From positions 36,208,001 to 36,272,000 of the forward strand of contig NC_135761.1 of the NCBI RefSeq assembly GCF_052425735.1: DNA of 64,000 bases, given 5' to 3'. Under the pieces are notes generated by a model. The model was given only the letters and a program-made list of their open reading frames with translations, had not been told where the DNA came from and made no database searches. Shown piece after piece: positions 14,050-26,100 of this stretch (its first letter is position 1; each line of letters begins with the position of its first letter). The stretch is from Oculina patagonica. Its lineage: Eukaryota. A program made the position numbers and the translations under genes.

Positions 14050-15130
14050 TCCCCTAAAGAAAACTGTAGAAGCTGCAGTCATTGAAACCCTTTACAGTTG
14101 CCTCAAACTGGATAGATCCTCTTCTGATTTGCCACAAACTTCACTGCTTGGATTGCTTGACATTGTAACTCACCAGTAACCAGCAAATGACTACATTATT
14201 TTTTGCCGAAGAAACAATGTTGAAAGAGGAGGCTGTAAATACCTCTTCTTTATAAAGATGTCGTCAATCTAAAAGCCCACCATTTTTCAGTTTGGAGGGT
14301 TTAACCACTGCAAATTCGTTTGGAAAGATGGAGACCAACAGGCTGCTTGACATTAACTTTCTAACAGGAATGCCGCATATCCTTGAATTGAGGAGATACC
14401 AATTTTCTGAATGGCTAAACGAGTGCAGCATTTCAGCCTTTCAAATATTGAAGAGCTCTATGATATACAGCACCCGATCGAAATGAGGACAAATTTCCCG
14501 CTCTACTGAGCAATGTCTGAAATTCAACTTCAAGGAATGTTCTTTATCGTATTATTATCACTTACCTGGGTCAGGTCATCGGATATTTTCTCCCACTTCA
14601 TCTCTTGAAAACTCGCGAATTCTATTGTTTTCTACATTTTCCAGGTTCTGACGAGTTACTTTATCTTCTGCAGTGTGTCAATTCTCACACTAGACAAACA
14701 TATATTCTCTTCAACCCCCCCCCCCCCAATTAGGGAGAAGAGACTACGAGCACGGTACATGTCCAAGATTTTTTGTAGCCTTTAAAATTGTCATTACAGT
14801 TTTGCTGGTAACATGCAAGCTGCCTGAGGATAAGCGTTTTAAGGAGAAGAACTTCCCATTATTAGATAAATATCTTAGGATGCTAAGGGAAGTGAGTTTA
14901 CAAGCCAAATATTTTAGCGAAATTATAGTGAAAGCCAAAGGACTGATGTAAGCACTCACAGTCGCAGTTCAATAATGCGAAGAAGCAAGGGTTTGAGTAG
15001 ATTTTCCTTCCATTCTTTGCAAACCAAGTGAAGTCGAAACCTTTTTTTGATTTGAAGGAAACTGAGTATGAACAAAACCAGCTCCAGTGGGAGAAACAGA
15101 ACATAGACATTTCTAATACAATAAACTGTG
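14050..15130 (-). pseudogene. F-box (probably F-box/LRR) gene remnant
   Basis: LPLELVLFILSFLQIKKRFRLHLVCKEWKE fits the F-box consensus; leucine-rich broken frames follow. Confidence 0.6.
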
Positions 15131-15829
15131 TAACGAAAGTAATCAATCAATCAAACTTTATTTTAGAGGGCACGTAATAGTTTTACAACTAATAAATTTG
15201 TGGCCCCTCTAATGTACTAAAACTGAATATTAATAACTTATTATATCTATGTTTCACATAATCTGTTACGAGTATGGTTATATATGTTACACTCTGTGTT
15301 CATATACAACCTTTGCGCCTGTTTCAAAAGTTTAGGCTCAATAAGTTCTTATAAAAATGGGTGTTGGCATGATGACAGGAGGTTGACTAAGTGCAATGTC
15401 GACTTGGATGGCTCCAAGAAGAGCTATATATCAAGAAGATTGAGAAATTGAAGATTTTTATTAACAATTTCACGAATACCAACGAATGCCAGGGAAAAAA
15501 CCTGGCCAACTCTTCTTGCATGCTTTAAACTACCCCCCAAGACAGCCTTCATGTACATTCTGGCCAAAGCCACACAGAAAGAAAGATAAGAAAGTAACAG
15601 ACATAAACCAAGGCTTGACTTTAGTGAACATTTACCCAAACCATAATGGTGCTCTGTTACATGTTATCCTTTAGCATTTGTAACAAACTCTTAAAGGGGC
15701 AGTATCACGAGAAGTCTTCTAATTTTTTGTGTAAACTGTGATAAAATTCTGAGGGAGCACTCAGTGATCAACATCATTACAACAAAAAGAAAGGCATAAA
15801 TTCATTCTCCATCATGCGAATAAATGTAA

Positions 15830-16639
15830 TAAATTGTTTTTATTTTTTTCTTTGTTCGTGAGCGGGCGGTATTCTACAAATCCTGCGATCTGATTGGTTC
15901 CGGGAGCGGGCGGTATTCTCCAATCCGGCCCTCGACAGCGGGCGGTATCCGTTGCGAGATGAATCGTCGAGTGTACTTTCCGCGCGAAATCATTTTGCAG
16001 CGTTGTACGAACGAACACATGAAAGATTTGCTCAGCAAAATCGAAATAGCCGCTCACCAACTGTTGTAAATGCGAAAAGACAGAATAGAAGTGGAATTAA
16101 AGGCCTCGAAGTTCTTCTAAAGGCGAGTGTTGATTTTGTTTATGGACAAATTAAGTTCTAGTTGATAGTTTGTTGAGTTTGTGGTTGTTTGTTGTCTGCG
16201 CCGGTTTTAAACTTCAATTTTGAGTTAAAACTGTCTTTTTATCGACCACTTCTTTGCCAAAACAAAACACTAGTTGCCATCATTCAAGAAAATGAGATTC
16301 CTTAATTAAAAACAGCCAAAATAATTCTGACAATATTGTGCCGTACGTCCAAGCTTCGCATTTCATTTAGTTTCACTTTCGCACTGTTTATCACAAAATA
16401 ATTATGCTGGGAATTAACGCAGAGCTTATTAATTCGTTAAATACAAGTGTGTATAGCTATACCGAAACTGTCTTTCCGTCAGATAGTTTTTTTTTTTCGG
16501 GAAATTCTCAAACTTAGCATCCTGCGAACAGAGTTCTTTATCAAAACATTCATCGGGAAGCCGGAATCGGCGTTTAGTTTTGTCAATGATAATGCTTTGG
16601 CTCGATTTTACATTTATGATATATTTACTACTTCAATTT

Positions 16640-16671
<32 letters not shown>

Positions 16672-19600
16672 AATTGCAAGACACAAACAAGTTACATAAC
16701 ATTACATTACATTACGGTAAGAAGCACTACTTACAACCATTACTTACATTACTTAACTACATCACTTACATTATAATGCTTACACAAGGGCGCTACTTAC
16801 ATTACTCTACTTAACAATGCTCTGCTTACAATATGGTGCTTAGATTACTTATACATTGGTGTTTACAACAGTTACATTTTTTCGAAGAACGTTTACCATA
16901 ACGACAGCAAAAGTGAACTTACATCTAAGCTTGAATATAATTGTCCAGAAAAAAAAAAAAGAGAGAAGGAGCAAAGATAAATTACAGAATTTTACCCCAT
17001 AAAGACAAAAATATTTGCAGTTTGTTATTGGCTGTGAAACTTTGTTTTAATATTTGTATATGGTTCTGAAGGCGGAGGAGAAAGCTTTCAAAACATAGTT
17101 TGCCGTCGCATGAGCTTGTTGAGAAGATGTGGTACTTTGCAATGAGGAGAGTGACATTAAGTGCCTGCTTGTTTTGAATATTGTCATGTAATCCGTATAG
17201 GACAGTGCTTTCTGTTAAAGAAATAAGCTGTGTAAATTTTAAAAACCACCAGTTGGTGAATTTTTCCCAGAAAGCTTTAGTTTCAGAACAGTGGAAGAGC
17301 AAGTGGTTTATAGTTTGTTTTTCAGTTTTGCAGAAATTGCATGCAGCACTTTCAGTAATTCCGGCTCGAAAGAGGCTTGATTTAGTTGGTAATATATGGT
17401 GAATAACATTATACTGAAATGCAATTAATTTAGAATCTTTGGTTATCGCAAATGGTAGAGTGTACACTTTGTGGATATTTTCTTTGGTGAAGCCGTAATT
17501 TAAAATTCTGATTTCTGATGTTGGTGGATTCACTTGGTTGATTAGAAGAGCAGAGTAGGCGGTTCGGGTTGACGGGAGGTCCTGAGAGGGGATTACAGTT
17601 TGCAGTAAATTGAATTCATTTCTTAATAACTTCTTCCATTTGGTTGGAATAGCCGAGATGATGCCATAGTAAACTGTGAAAGGAATGTTAATGTTGAACT
17701 TGCGCGAGAGTTCGTCCAGTGAGAGAAAATTTTGATTTTCTTTAAGAAAGTGTTTAACTCGGATGATCTGAGCTTTGAACATGGTTTTGTTAAATATCGG
17801 TCGACCATTAACTAGGATGCAGCTATTATTCCAGATAATTTTATTTTGAATGAGGGATTCGTCTGAGAATTTGTCGGTGTTATATTCTTGCCAATATTTG
17901 AGAAGAGTGTGGTAAAATGGTGGTAGGTTGTCTTGGTGTAGGTACTTGATGTCGTATTGACATTCTGTTAAAAAGGAGAGACCGCCATAGTGCGCAGCTG
18001 CGAATTCTGGGATTACCTTCCAGGCTGCATCGACGTTTTCAGTAATTCGCTTGATCCAAGCAATTTTGAGAGCTTTGTCCATGAGTTCAAAATCCATCAT
18101 CTTTAGACCTCCTTGCTTTATGCTACTAATAATGGTCTTTTTTTTTTATTTTTGCTGGTTTTCCTTCCCATATAAAATTGAATGTTAATTTGTTAATTTC
18201 TTTCACGTAAAACTCAGGAATTTCTAACACAGAGGTGTTGTATATCAGCTTCGATAAACCTAAAGTCTTAACTATTTTTATCCTACCATGCAGAGTAAGT
18301 TTCCTTCTTTTCCATCCATTGAATGTTTTTTCTAACTTGCGGATTTTCTCTCCAAAATTCAAATTATTTGCTTCATCGGCATTGTAGGAAAAGAAAACAC
18401 CGAGGGCTCGGATCGGTTCTTGGGGCCATCTGAAGTTGTATGGTGTATCCGTTTTGTTTCTCCAGGCGCCTAGCCACATTGCCTCTGTTTTGCTTGTATT
18501 GATTTCTAGACCGGAGGTATGTTTTGATCACTGAGACTTGATCGTTTACAAACACCGTGGTGTCGTCTGCGAATTGCGTAAGTTTTATTTCTTTCTTGCC
18601 GACGTTGATGCCTTTGATGGACTCGTTATTTTTCAAGGCTCTTGCGAGAAGTTCAATGCCGATCACGAAAAGGACACCTGATAGTGGGCATCCTTGCCTG
18701 ACGCCTCGATGCAATTGAAAAAAAGGCGAAGCGTGACCGTTGTTCAGGACACAGCTGGATACATTTTGATAAATAACTTCTATCCATCTTTGAATGTCTG
18801 GTCCGAAATTAAACATTTTGAGTGCAGATAGCAAGTAGTTCCATTCAATTGTATCAAAAGCTTTTCGAAAGTCTAGAAAAATAGCAATTCCAGGTAAGTT
18901 CGCATTTTTCGTAAAAAAATAACATCTTGAATCAGTCTAATATTTTCACCTATGTAGCGACCCTTCACATAACACGTTTGGTCGGGGTTGATAATTTTAG
19001 GCAAAACTTTTTCTAGTCTCTTCGCAATGACTTTTGTAAGTATTTTATAGTCTAAATTTAGTAACGAGATCGGTCGCAAGTTCTCTAATAAGGATTTGTC
19101 TTTGTCTTTTTTGGGAATGAGAGAAATTACACCGCGTCGTTGACTAATCGACAGTGATCCGGTTTGAAAGGCGAAATGAAAACTTGACAACATTTCAGAT
19201 CGTAGCTCGGGCCAAAAGAATTTGTAGAATTCTACAGGAAAGCCGTCGGTTCCTGGCGTTTTGTCTTTTTTAAACCCGTTGATTGCATTTAGACATTCAG
19301 CTTCCGTGATGGGACCGTCGCATAACTGTTGTTCGTCGTGTGATAATGGTGTTACATTTTCGGCTTTAAAAAACGAGGACTCTTGGGAGCTGGTATTGTC
19401 GGTTTCTTTGGATTGGTAAATTGATTCGTAGAACTTTTTCTGTTCGTTTAGAATTGCAAATTGGTCGTAAATATATGTGTCGTTTATTTTTAGTTTGTGG
19501 ATGGTTTTTTTGGTTTGACTACGTTTTTCTAAGTTGTAAAAATATCTGGTGTTGCGTTCGCCTTCGTCGTACCATCGTACTTTGCTTCTAAGGATTGCTC

Positions 19601-20520
19601 CTTTTGTCTTAAAGTGCATTATTTTTTGTAAGCGCAATTTGGCTGCATATAGGTCATTTAAATCATGATTATTTTTCGGATTGTTTGCCAATTTTTGCTG
19701 AAGTTCATTTATTTTGTTTTGAAGTTCTACTTCTTCACTTTTGCGTTTTTTTGCTTTCGTTTTAGCATACTTGACTGTAAAACCTCGTATTTCCATTTTT
19801 AACAGATCCCATTTCAAGCCTTTGTCGTCAATGCTTTCATATTTGGTTTTATACACATTCATGTTTTTGCGTAGATCATTAACATAATCTTCATCTTTTA
19901 GTAGTGAAGTGTTAAACTTCCAGAATCCCGGGCCCCTCTTTTGTTTGTTGATTTCAGCTTGAAGGTGTAATGAGATCGCAGAGTGATCAGTTTCTGGAGC
20001 ATGAAAAATTTTATTGGACGCGACAATGCTTGTGAGCTCTTCTGAGATTAGGAAGAAGTCTAACCTGCACTGAATTTTGTGTGACTTGTTTCTCCAAGTA
20101 TAAGATTCTAATTCGGGGTTTAAGCGACGCCAGACGCACTTCAATTTCTTTGATTGAATCTCTTCAGTGTTAATTTAATATGCTGAACCTTTCTGTAAAT
20201 GCGGTTCATTTAATTTATTTCGAACTAAATAACAAACAGCATTTTACACTCTTGCTAACCCGTCGATCGACTCAACATTGAAATTAAATGGCGCGCGTAT
20301 ACAAACAAAGATTTTGTGACACAATCTTTCTAGGTTTCTTTTAAAAACAAATAAAGTGGGAAAAAAATAAAAACGTTATTCACCAGCCTAGGTCGGTCCG
20401 TATTGGGAAAAACTGTGCCCTTGGTCTTGGAACCGCCCGAGGCCGCAGGCCGAGGGCGGTATCCAAGACCTCGGGCACAGTTTTTCCCAATACGGACCTC
20501 CCGGCTGGTGAATAACCTAT
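15830..20520. mobile_element. Non-autonomous element with palindromic end (Crypton-like), split by the LINE insertion
   Basis: CTGATTGG/GAGCGGGCGGTATT motif near 15860-15920 and a long hairpin at 20376-20518. Sequence on both sides of the LINE TSD is contiguous. Confidence 0.5.
16644..20137 (-). mobile_element. 5'-truncated L1/Tx1-clade LINE (end of endonuclease, RT, C-terminal Cys/His region), frameshifted
   Basis: ORF pieces contain YTW...RLDFFL, PGTDGFP, LRPISLLN, GVRQGCPLS, QFADDT and CNFC...HLLFHC. The poly-A tail appears as poly-T at ~16641-16671. TSD ACTTCAATTTCTTT at 16630-16643 and 20138-20151. Confidence 0.92.
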
Positions 20521-21586
20521 ATTTAAGTGATGTTCTTCCAAGTAATATTGTCAAACTTGAAAACTTTGGCCAGACGTTTTAAAGTTTAAGCTACTACAGT
20601 CCCATCCATCTGTATCCAAAGCAGTTTTCATGACTAGTACAGTTTGTTAGAGCAAGGCCAGTCCACTATTAGATTTCCAATAAATACCAACACCTTCATT
20701 GCATTTCTAAGTAGCACTTAATTCTTGTTACACTGTCCTTACAAATTTAATAAACACTCACATAAGTTTTAGTGAGGAAATGATTACAGAAGTGATGAAA
20801 AACTGCAGATTGTACTTTGCCATAAATTAAAAAAATATCATAGAGGAATGTAATTATTATTCAGGCATACAGTTTACAAGACTTGCTAGCTTTTTACATG
20901 TCCTCTCGATAAAAAACGTGTAACTGAAACTTTCAATAGTTTGGTTTGGTAAGTAAATTTGGCCACCATACCACTTCAAGTTCACATGTAGCTCTTTCTT
21001 CTCTCTCCTTGCAAATCACCTTGCAGAAAGTCTGTCAAATGAGCAGACCTTGGCATCACTTTTCTTTCTTCCATAGACGCACCTGCTCTGGCAACAGAAG
21101 TGCTACTAATGTTCTACTTAACCAATACTTTCTCCAGCAGTTCAAGACCTTTATTGTGCAGCCTTTCAGGTAGTTTTCAGTCATAAAGAGATGAGTACTT
21201 AAAAGTATTTCCGTAATCATTTAAGTACCTCTCAAAGCCATTCAGAAATGATGGAAGCGACATTTTTCATTGTCACATGTAGAGGCTGCTCCTTTACATT
21301 CTTGTATCCCTTTCATGCTTAAACACCTAAGTTCGTCTGTGCTGCTTGAACCGTGTTTTACTACTTGTAATTTGGTTCTGGAGTTATCCTGGCAGAGTAG
21401 CATCTCAAACCTGCCACAAGTTTTCAAGGGACAAAAAAGCCTGAAGTAAGACAGAAGATTGGAAATTGCGTTACTCCAGACATCCTCCACACGTCTTTCG
21501 TTGCATCAGTGGAATTTGAACTTTTCTCTCCCCAAGGAAAGGTCCAGCCAGCAACTTGATATTGTACATTTTGTATGAAATCTTAA

Positions 21587-22478
21587 GAGACAGATTCTGA
21601 ATTTTTCGAGAATCGTCCGACAGAAAGGGAATTTCAATTTTATTTTTATTTGCCCCAAATAAACCTTTTAGTAAACTATTTTCGAAAATGACATTAAACG
21701 GTTCAGTTTCCTTTAACTTTTTTTAAAATTTAGAAAAGTTAAAAATTCGAAAAGCACATCCACCGTGGCGACCATTTTGGATGAAATTTAAGGTGTTTTC
21801 ACGACACTCGTGTATACATACCAAACAACTACTCAGTATACCCTTTACACAGCTGTTTAGGTATCTCTTAAAGTTTATTTTCAGATATATTTTGTTTGAA
21901 AATATCACGTTTAAGAAAAGTTACGATCTTCGACAACCGACCCATTTCTAGAACATAAACGACAGGGCGAATATTAGCTAACTTCAAGATTGTCAAATGC
22001 GGTCTGGTATATTGTTTTGGAGTTAAAAAACAACACCAAATTGAAGCTAAACCTTTCTTCGCTCTGTCTGAAAAATATTACTGGTAGCCCGTAAAAACTG
22101 TTCCGCTGAGAGAATTAACCATAAAGGCTATTTTCGCTCTGACTCTCTCTATTTATAGTAACTATTTGTGAATTTGTCCCGAAATATAATTCTTCCTAGC
22201 GGCTTTTGTACCGTAAAGATCCCGATTAATGCCACGAAAGAACTTGAACGTTTAAACAGGTTTTAAAATTCAGTGTGCATCGGTCTTGGTAGTTGCCCTA
22301 GTATGAAAGAACAGCTTTCGTTGCGGGATTAGTAATTAGGAAGATGTACGTTTCGGTCTCGACATTCTGTCTGGATGTGAACGGCGTGGTATAAATTAAA
22401 TTAAAGGCAAATCACGATTCTCATAGATAGAACAAAATAAAACATAATCCGACCCAATTTACTTAAAACATGTTCATG
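21587..22478 (+). repeat. Left terminal inverted repeat of the Sola3 element
   Basis: Reverse complement of 29173-30064; about 5 substitutions seen by eye over 892 bp. Confidence 0.95.
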
Positions 22479-23124
22479 CTACAAAATCCTTACGTGTGAG
22501 AGCGTGATATGATGGATAAATTTATAGAAAAGAGCCACAACTAATCATGAAACAGGAAATATTATCTGTTTGTTTATTTCCGCTTCAATAACTTGAGAAT
22601 TAGTTAAGGCATTTGTTACTGCGTAGCCGTCCTGCTTTCTTTTCACATCGGTCAAAAGAATGATCATTTATGCTAAAAAAAAGTTGAATCGATCGATTTT
22701 ATATGAAGAAAAAGAAAGTGACAAAATCCTTCGATACAACGATTTTCCGTAAACATTGTCATCACGCAAAATTTGTCATTCACAAACATCGTCTTCATTT
22801 CCTCGACTTTAATTTAAATACTTCATTTTCAGGCAGATGATTATAAAGCTTTAACACGTACCTTAATTCTTCCGCAGTGCATAAAATGAAAAGGACCCGC
22901 TTCTCGCCGATTATTAATTAGAGGGAAGGGACTTTTACACCTAAAAGTTTTTTGTGTTGCGTGACAAAAACGCCAAAATACATGCATAGTTAATTAGATT
23001 CAGGAAAACAGTACGCAATGTTTTTACGCTGTGGTCACATTTCGCAGAATTTTTACTCTTTTTTGTGATCTACTTGTGAATGTTTTTTAACAACAAATAC
23101 TTTTCGATATTATTTCTCGCCATT

Positions 23125-26100
23125 ATGGCGTGCTGTAGCTATTCGGAATTGGTGAGTGGGGATTGTGGATCAAGCCTTGATAACCCAACTAACATCAAAT
23201 GTGTTACTTTACGCGAGTGCACGAAGGAAGTCTACAGTCACCTAGTTTTTTGCAAAGTTAGCGACGACAGCGAGATTGATACTGAATGGAAGTTATTGCT
23301 TGCAAGAGCAGGTAATGTGCAAAATTCGATGTATAATGAGACTCATTTTTACAATATTTCACACTAACAATAATTCCGCCGGCAACAACAAGGAAATAAT
23401 ACCAAGTTTGTTGTTGTTTAGGTGTATTTGAAGTTGATGAATCTCACCTAGCAATGAACATATGCCCTCGTCATCGGGACTTGTTTGGTGTGCGCTGGAG
23501 GTCTTCTAAGACAAACTGCACCATACCAGATGAAATAGCTTCCCACAAATCAAAAGCGAAAGGCCTTTGTGGTTTACGGAGAAAGCAGTCACAATTTGTC
23601 TACCACAGAACCCAAAAGCTTATTCCAGTAGGGTCCAGTGAGTACCATGATGTTTTAAAGAAAACCATATATACGTACTAATTCAGTGGTGTTGTTTTAA
23701 AGTTAACCATATACACGTGCTTATTCAGTGGTTCAGTTGACCTGTTGACGGTTTAATTAAAATCCGGACAACAGACGATACAGCGCCTGATCATTGTAGT
23801 CCAGTCTTAACTCCTGTCACCCTGGCAATGTTATTATCACACCAATAGGAAAATTTAAATATCCGTTATATATCTAAAATTGTTTTTGTACTTTATTAGA
23901 AATTTGCAAGCGATGTAAAGAGCATCTCACAGGAAGTTTGAGCATTGACGTAAGCTTTCAAAGTTTTCACGATCAGCCAGAGCTAGTGACACCAAATGTG
24001 ATAGAGGAGCCCACTCCAAAGTCTCTAACAATTAAGGTAAGAATTTGAACAAACGGAATAATCATGCCTAACAGAATGATAGTTGTTATCTTAAGGCCAT
24101 TTTCAGTGACAAATTAATATATCAACCATGATAATAAAAAGAGGAGCTTAACGCGGTTTTCTTTCTCATTTGCAGGCACGTAAAGAAGTCTCAAGCTCGT
24201 CATCTGATGAATTAACCGAAGGCATCAGGGGCATTAAAATTACTGACGAGAGCTACTTACTTTCCTCTGATGCTGGAAGCGAGGTGTCATCAACAACCGA
24301 TGCGAGTGGGGCCTCTTCTGACGATTGCGCTCGCCGTCAGAAATTAAACGTGTTCTTAGAGGAGTGTGGAATCCAACCACTTGGAAGGGCGTGGCTTGCA
24401 TGGCGTGAAATTAGCGAGAGAACAAAAGAGAGATATCTGAAGCAGACATCAGAGATCGTGTCCTCAGTGCTTAGGGTAATTTCTTCAGAAAACTCCCCTG
24501 ATCTGTGGAAAGAACTGCAATCTTCATGCATTGTGAACGATATGCTGGGCATAAGTCAAACAACTCTTCCCTCCGAGGTGGCCTACTTGGAAGCTCTTGC
24601 GGAGGCGTACAAATTGGCGAAGAGCTGGGATACCCGCCGACAAGTATTGTCTACCATGGCTGGTGTGGCAAGTTTTAAGTCTATTTCAGAATATATCCCA
24701 GGGCTCACACGATACCGTTTTACTATGGCTAACCTGCATGGCCTTCAGCATGGCCGGGGCGCCCAAGTCCCAAAGAAGAGCACTCCACATTTTCGAATAG
24801 ACAGACAGCAGCTTGACCACTTTCTAAGTTTCATCACGAGCCCACATTTAATTCAGGATCTGCCTTTTGGGGAGAAGCACTTACAGTTGTCGAATGGGAA
24901 AGTGCTAACAGTGCCGAACGTAATCCGCACTATGATTCCCAGTCGAATTGTGTTGCAGTATAAGCGTTTTTGCGCCGAAAGCAATTTCAAGCCATTTAGC
25001 GATAGCACTATGCTTCGAGTGTTATCCGAATGCAGTGCATCAGTGCGAAAGTCGCTACAGGGTCTCGATTATTTAGCAGCTGATGGTTCACGCGCCTTTG
25101 ATACCCTGGCAGAGATAATAGAGGTAGTCTCCTCCAAAGCAGATGGCGGCAAAAAGTGGGCAGATGAGATGCGAGAGACTCTAAAAGAGGGAAAATTTTA
25201 TTTGAAAGGAGATTATAAGGTAAGGTTTGGCCTAGTCAGTTCCGGACTCTTTCTAGTAAGGGCGAGCGAAAAAGCGAACTTTTCCCAACCTCGCATCTTC
25301 GCTCACCACCAACTATTGATAGCCTGGAATAGACTATTTTCCAGGTAAATACACATCTCATACATATATGTTTGGATTTATCAAAACCAGGTCAAGGAAA
25401 GTTTCACCGTTTTAAGGGCTAGTGCAAATCGCTGTAAACGCGTTTTTTCTCGCCAGAATCTCCAAACTCGATGATATAAAAACTAAAGGGAATGTCAGTC
25501 TTTTTTTCTCTTCTCCTCTCTCTTCTCTACCTTTCAGCGCTGTATTTCTTTTTTTTTTCCTTTCTTGTGGCGTTTTAAGCCAATTCCCGCAGTAACGTAC
25601 TTTTTCAAGAATACTGACGTCAGACATATATATATCCATTGTTTGACTGTAGGTTCATGTTAATGATCAGTCACATGTGGCAGACCATTGTACTGTGTTC
25701 GCTTTGAGTGACAAATCTGATGCAGACTTCAGAAAGGAGTGTGACCACAGTCACGACGAGGTATGTGACCAATGTGAGGCCCTCAGTGCTGCAATAGAAG
25801 ATATCAAGAGAGTTGTTCAGAATGCTGCTTTTGATTCAATTGACGACAAAGAGGAGTATTTATACCTGTGTCACACCGCTGCGCATGCAATACAAGCGTG
25901 GAAATGCCACCAGTTAAGATCCGTCCGTCAAGACCAGGCTCGCCTAGATGTAATTGAAAGTTTAAATGAAGAAAGAGTGTTTATAGTGAGTGATTGGGCG
26001 ATGAAATTTCTTCCACAAATGTTTCGAGAATCCCAGCAAGATTGGTTTGGTAAAAGGGGGATATCTTGGCATATCTCTGTTGTGTTTCGTCGCCTAAGTG

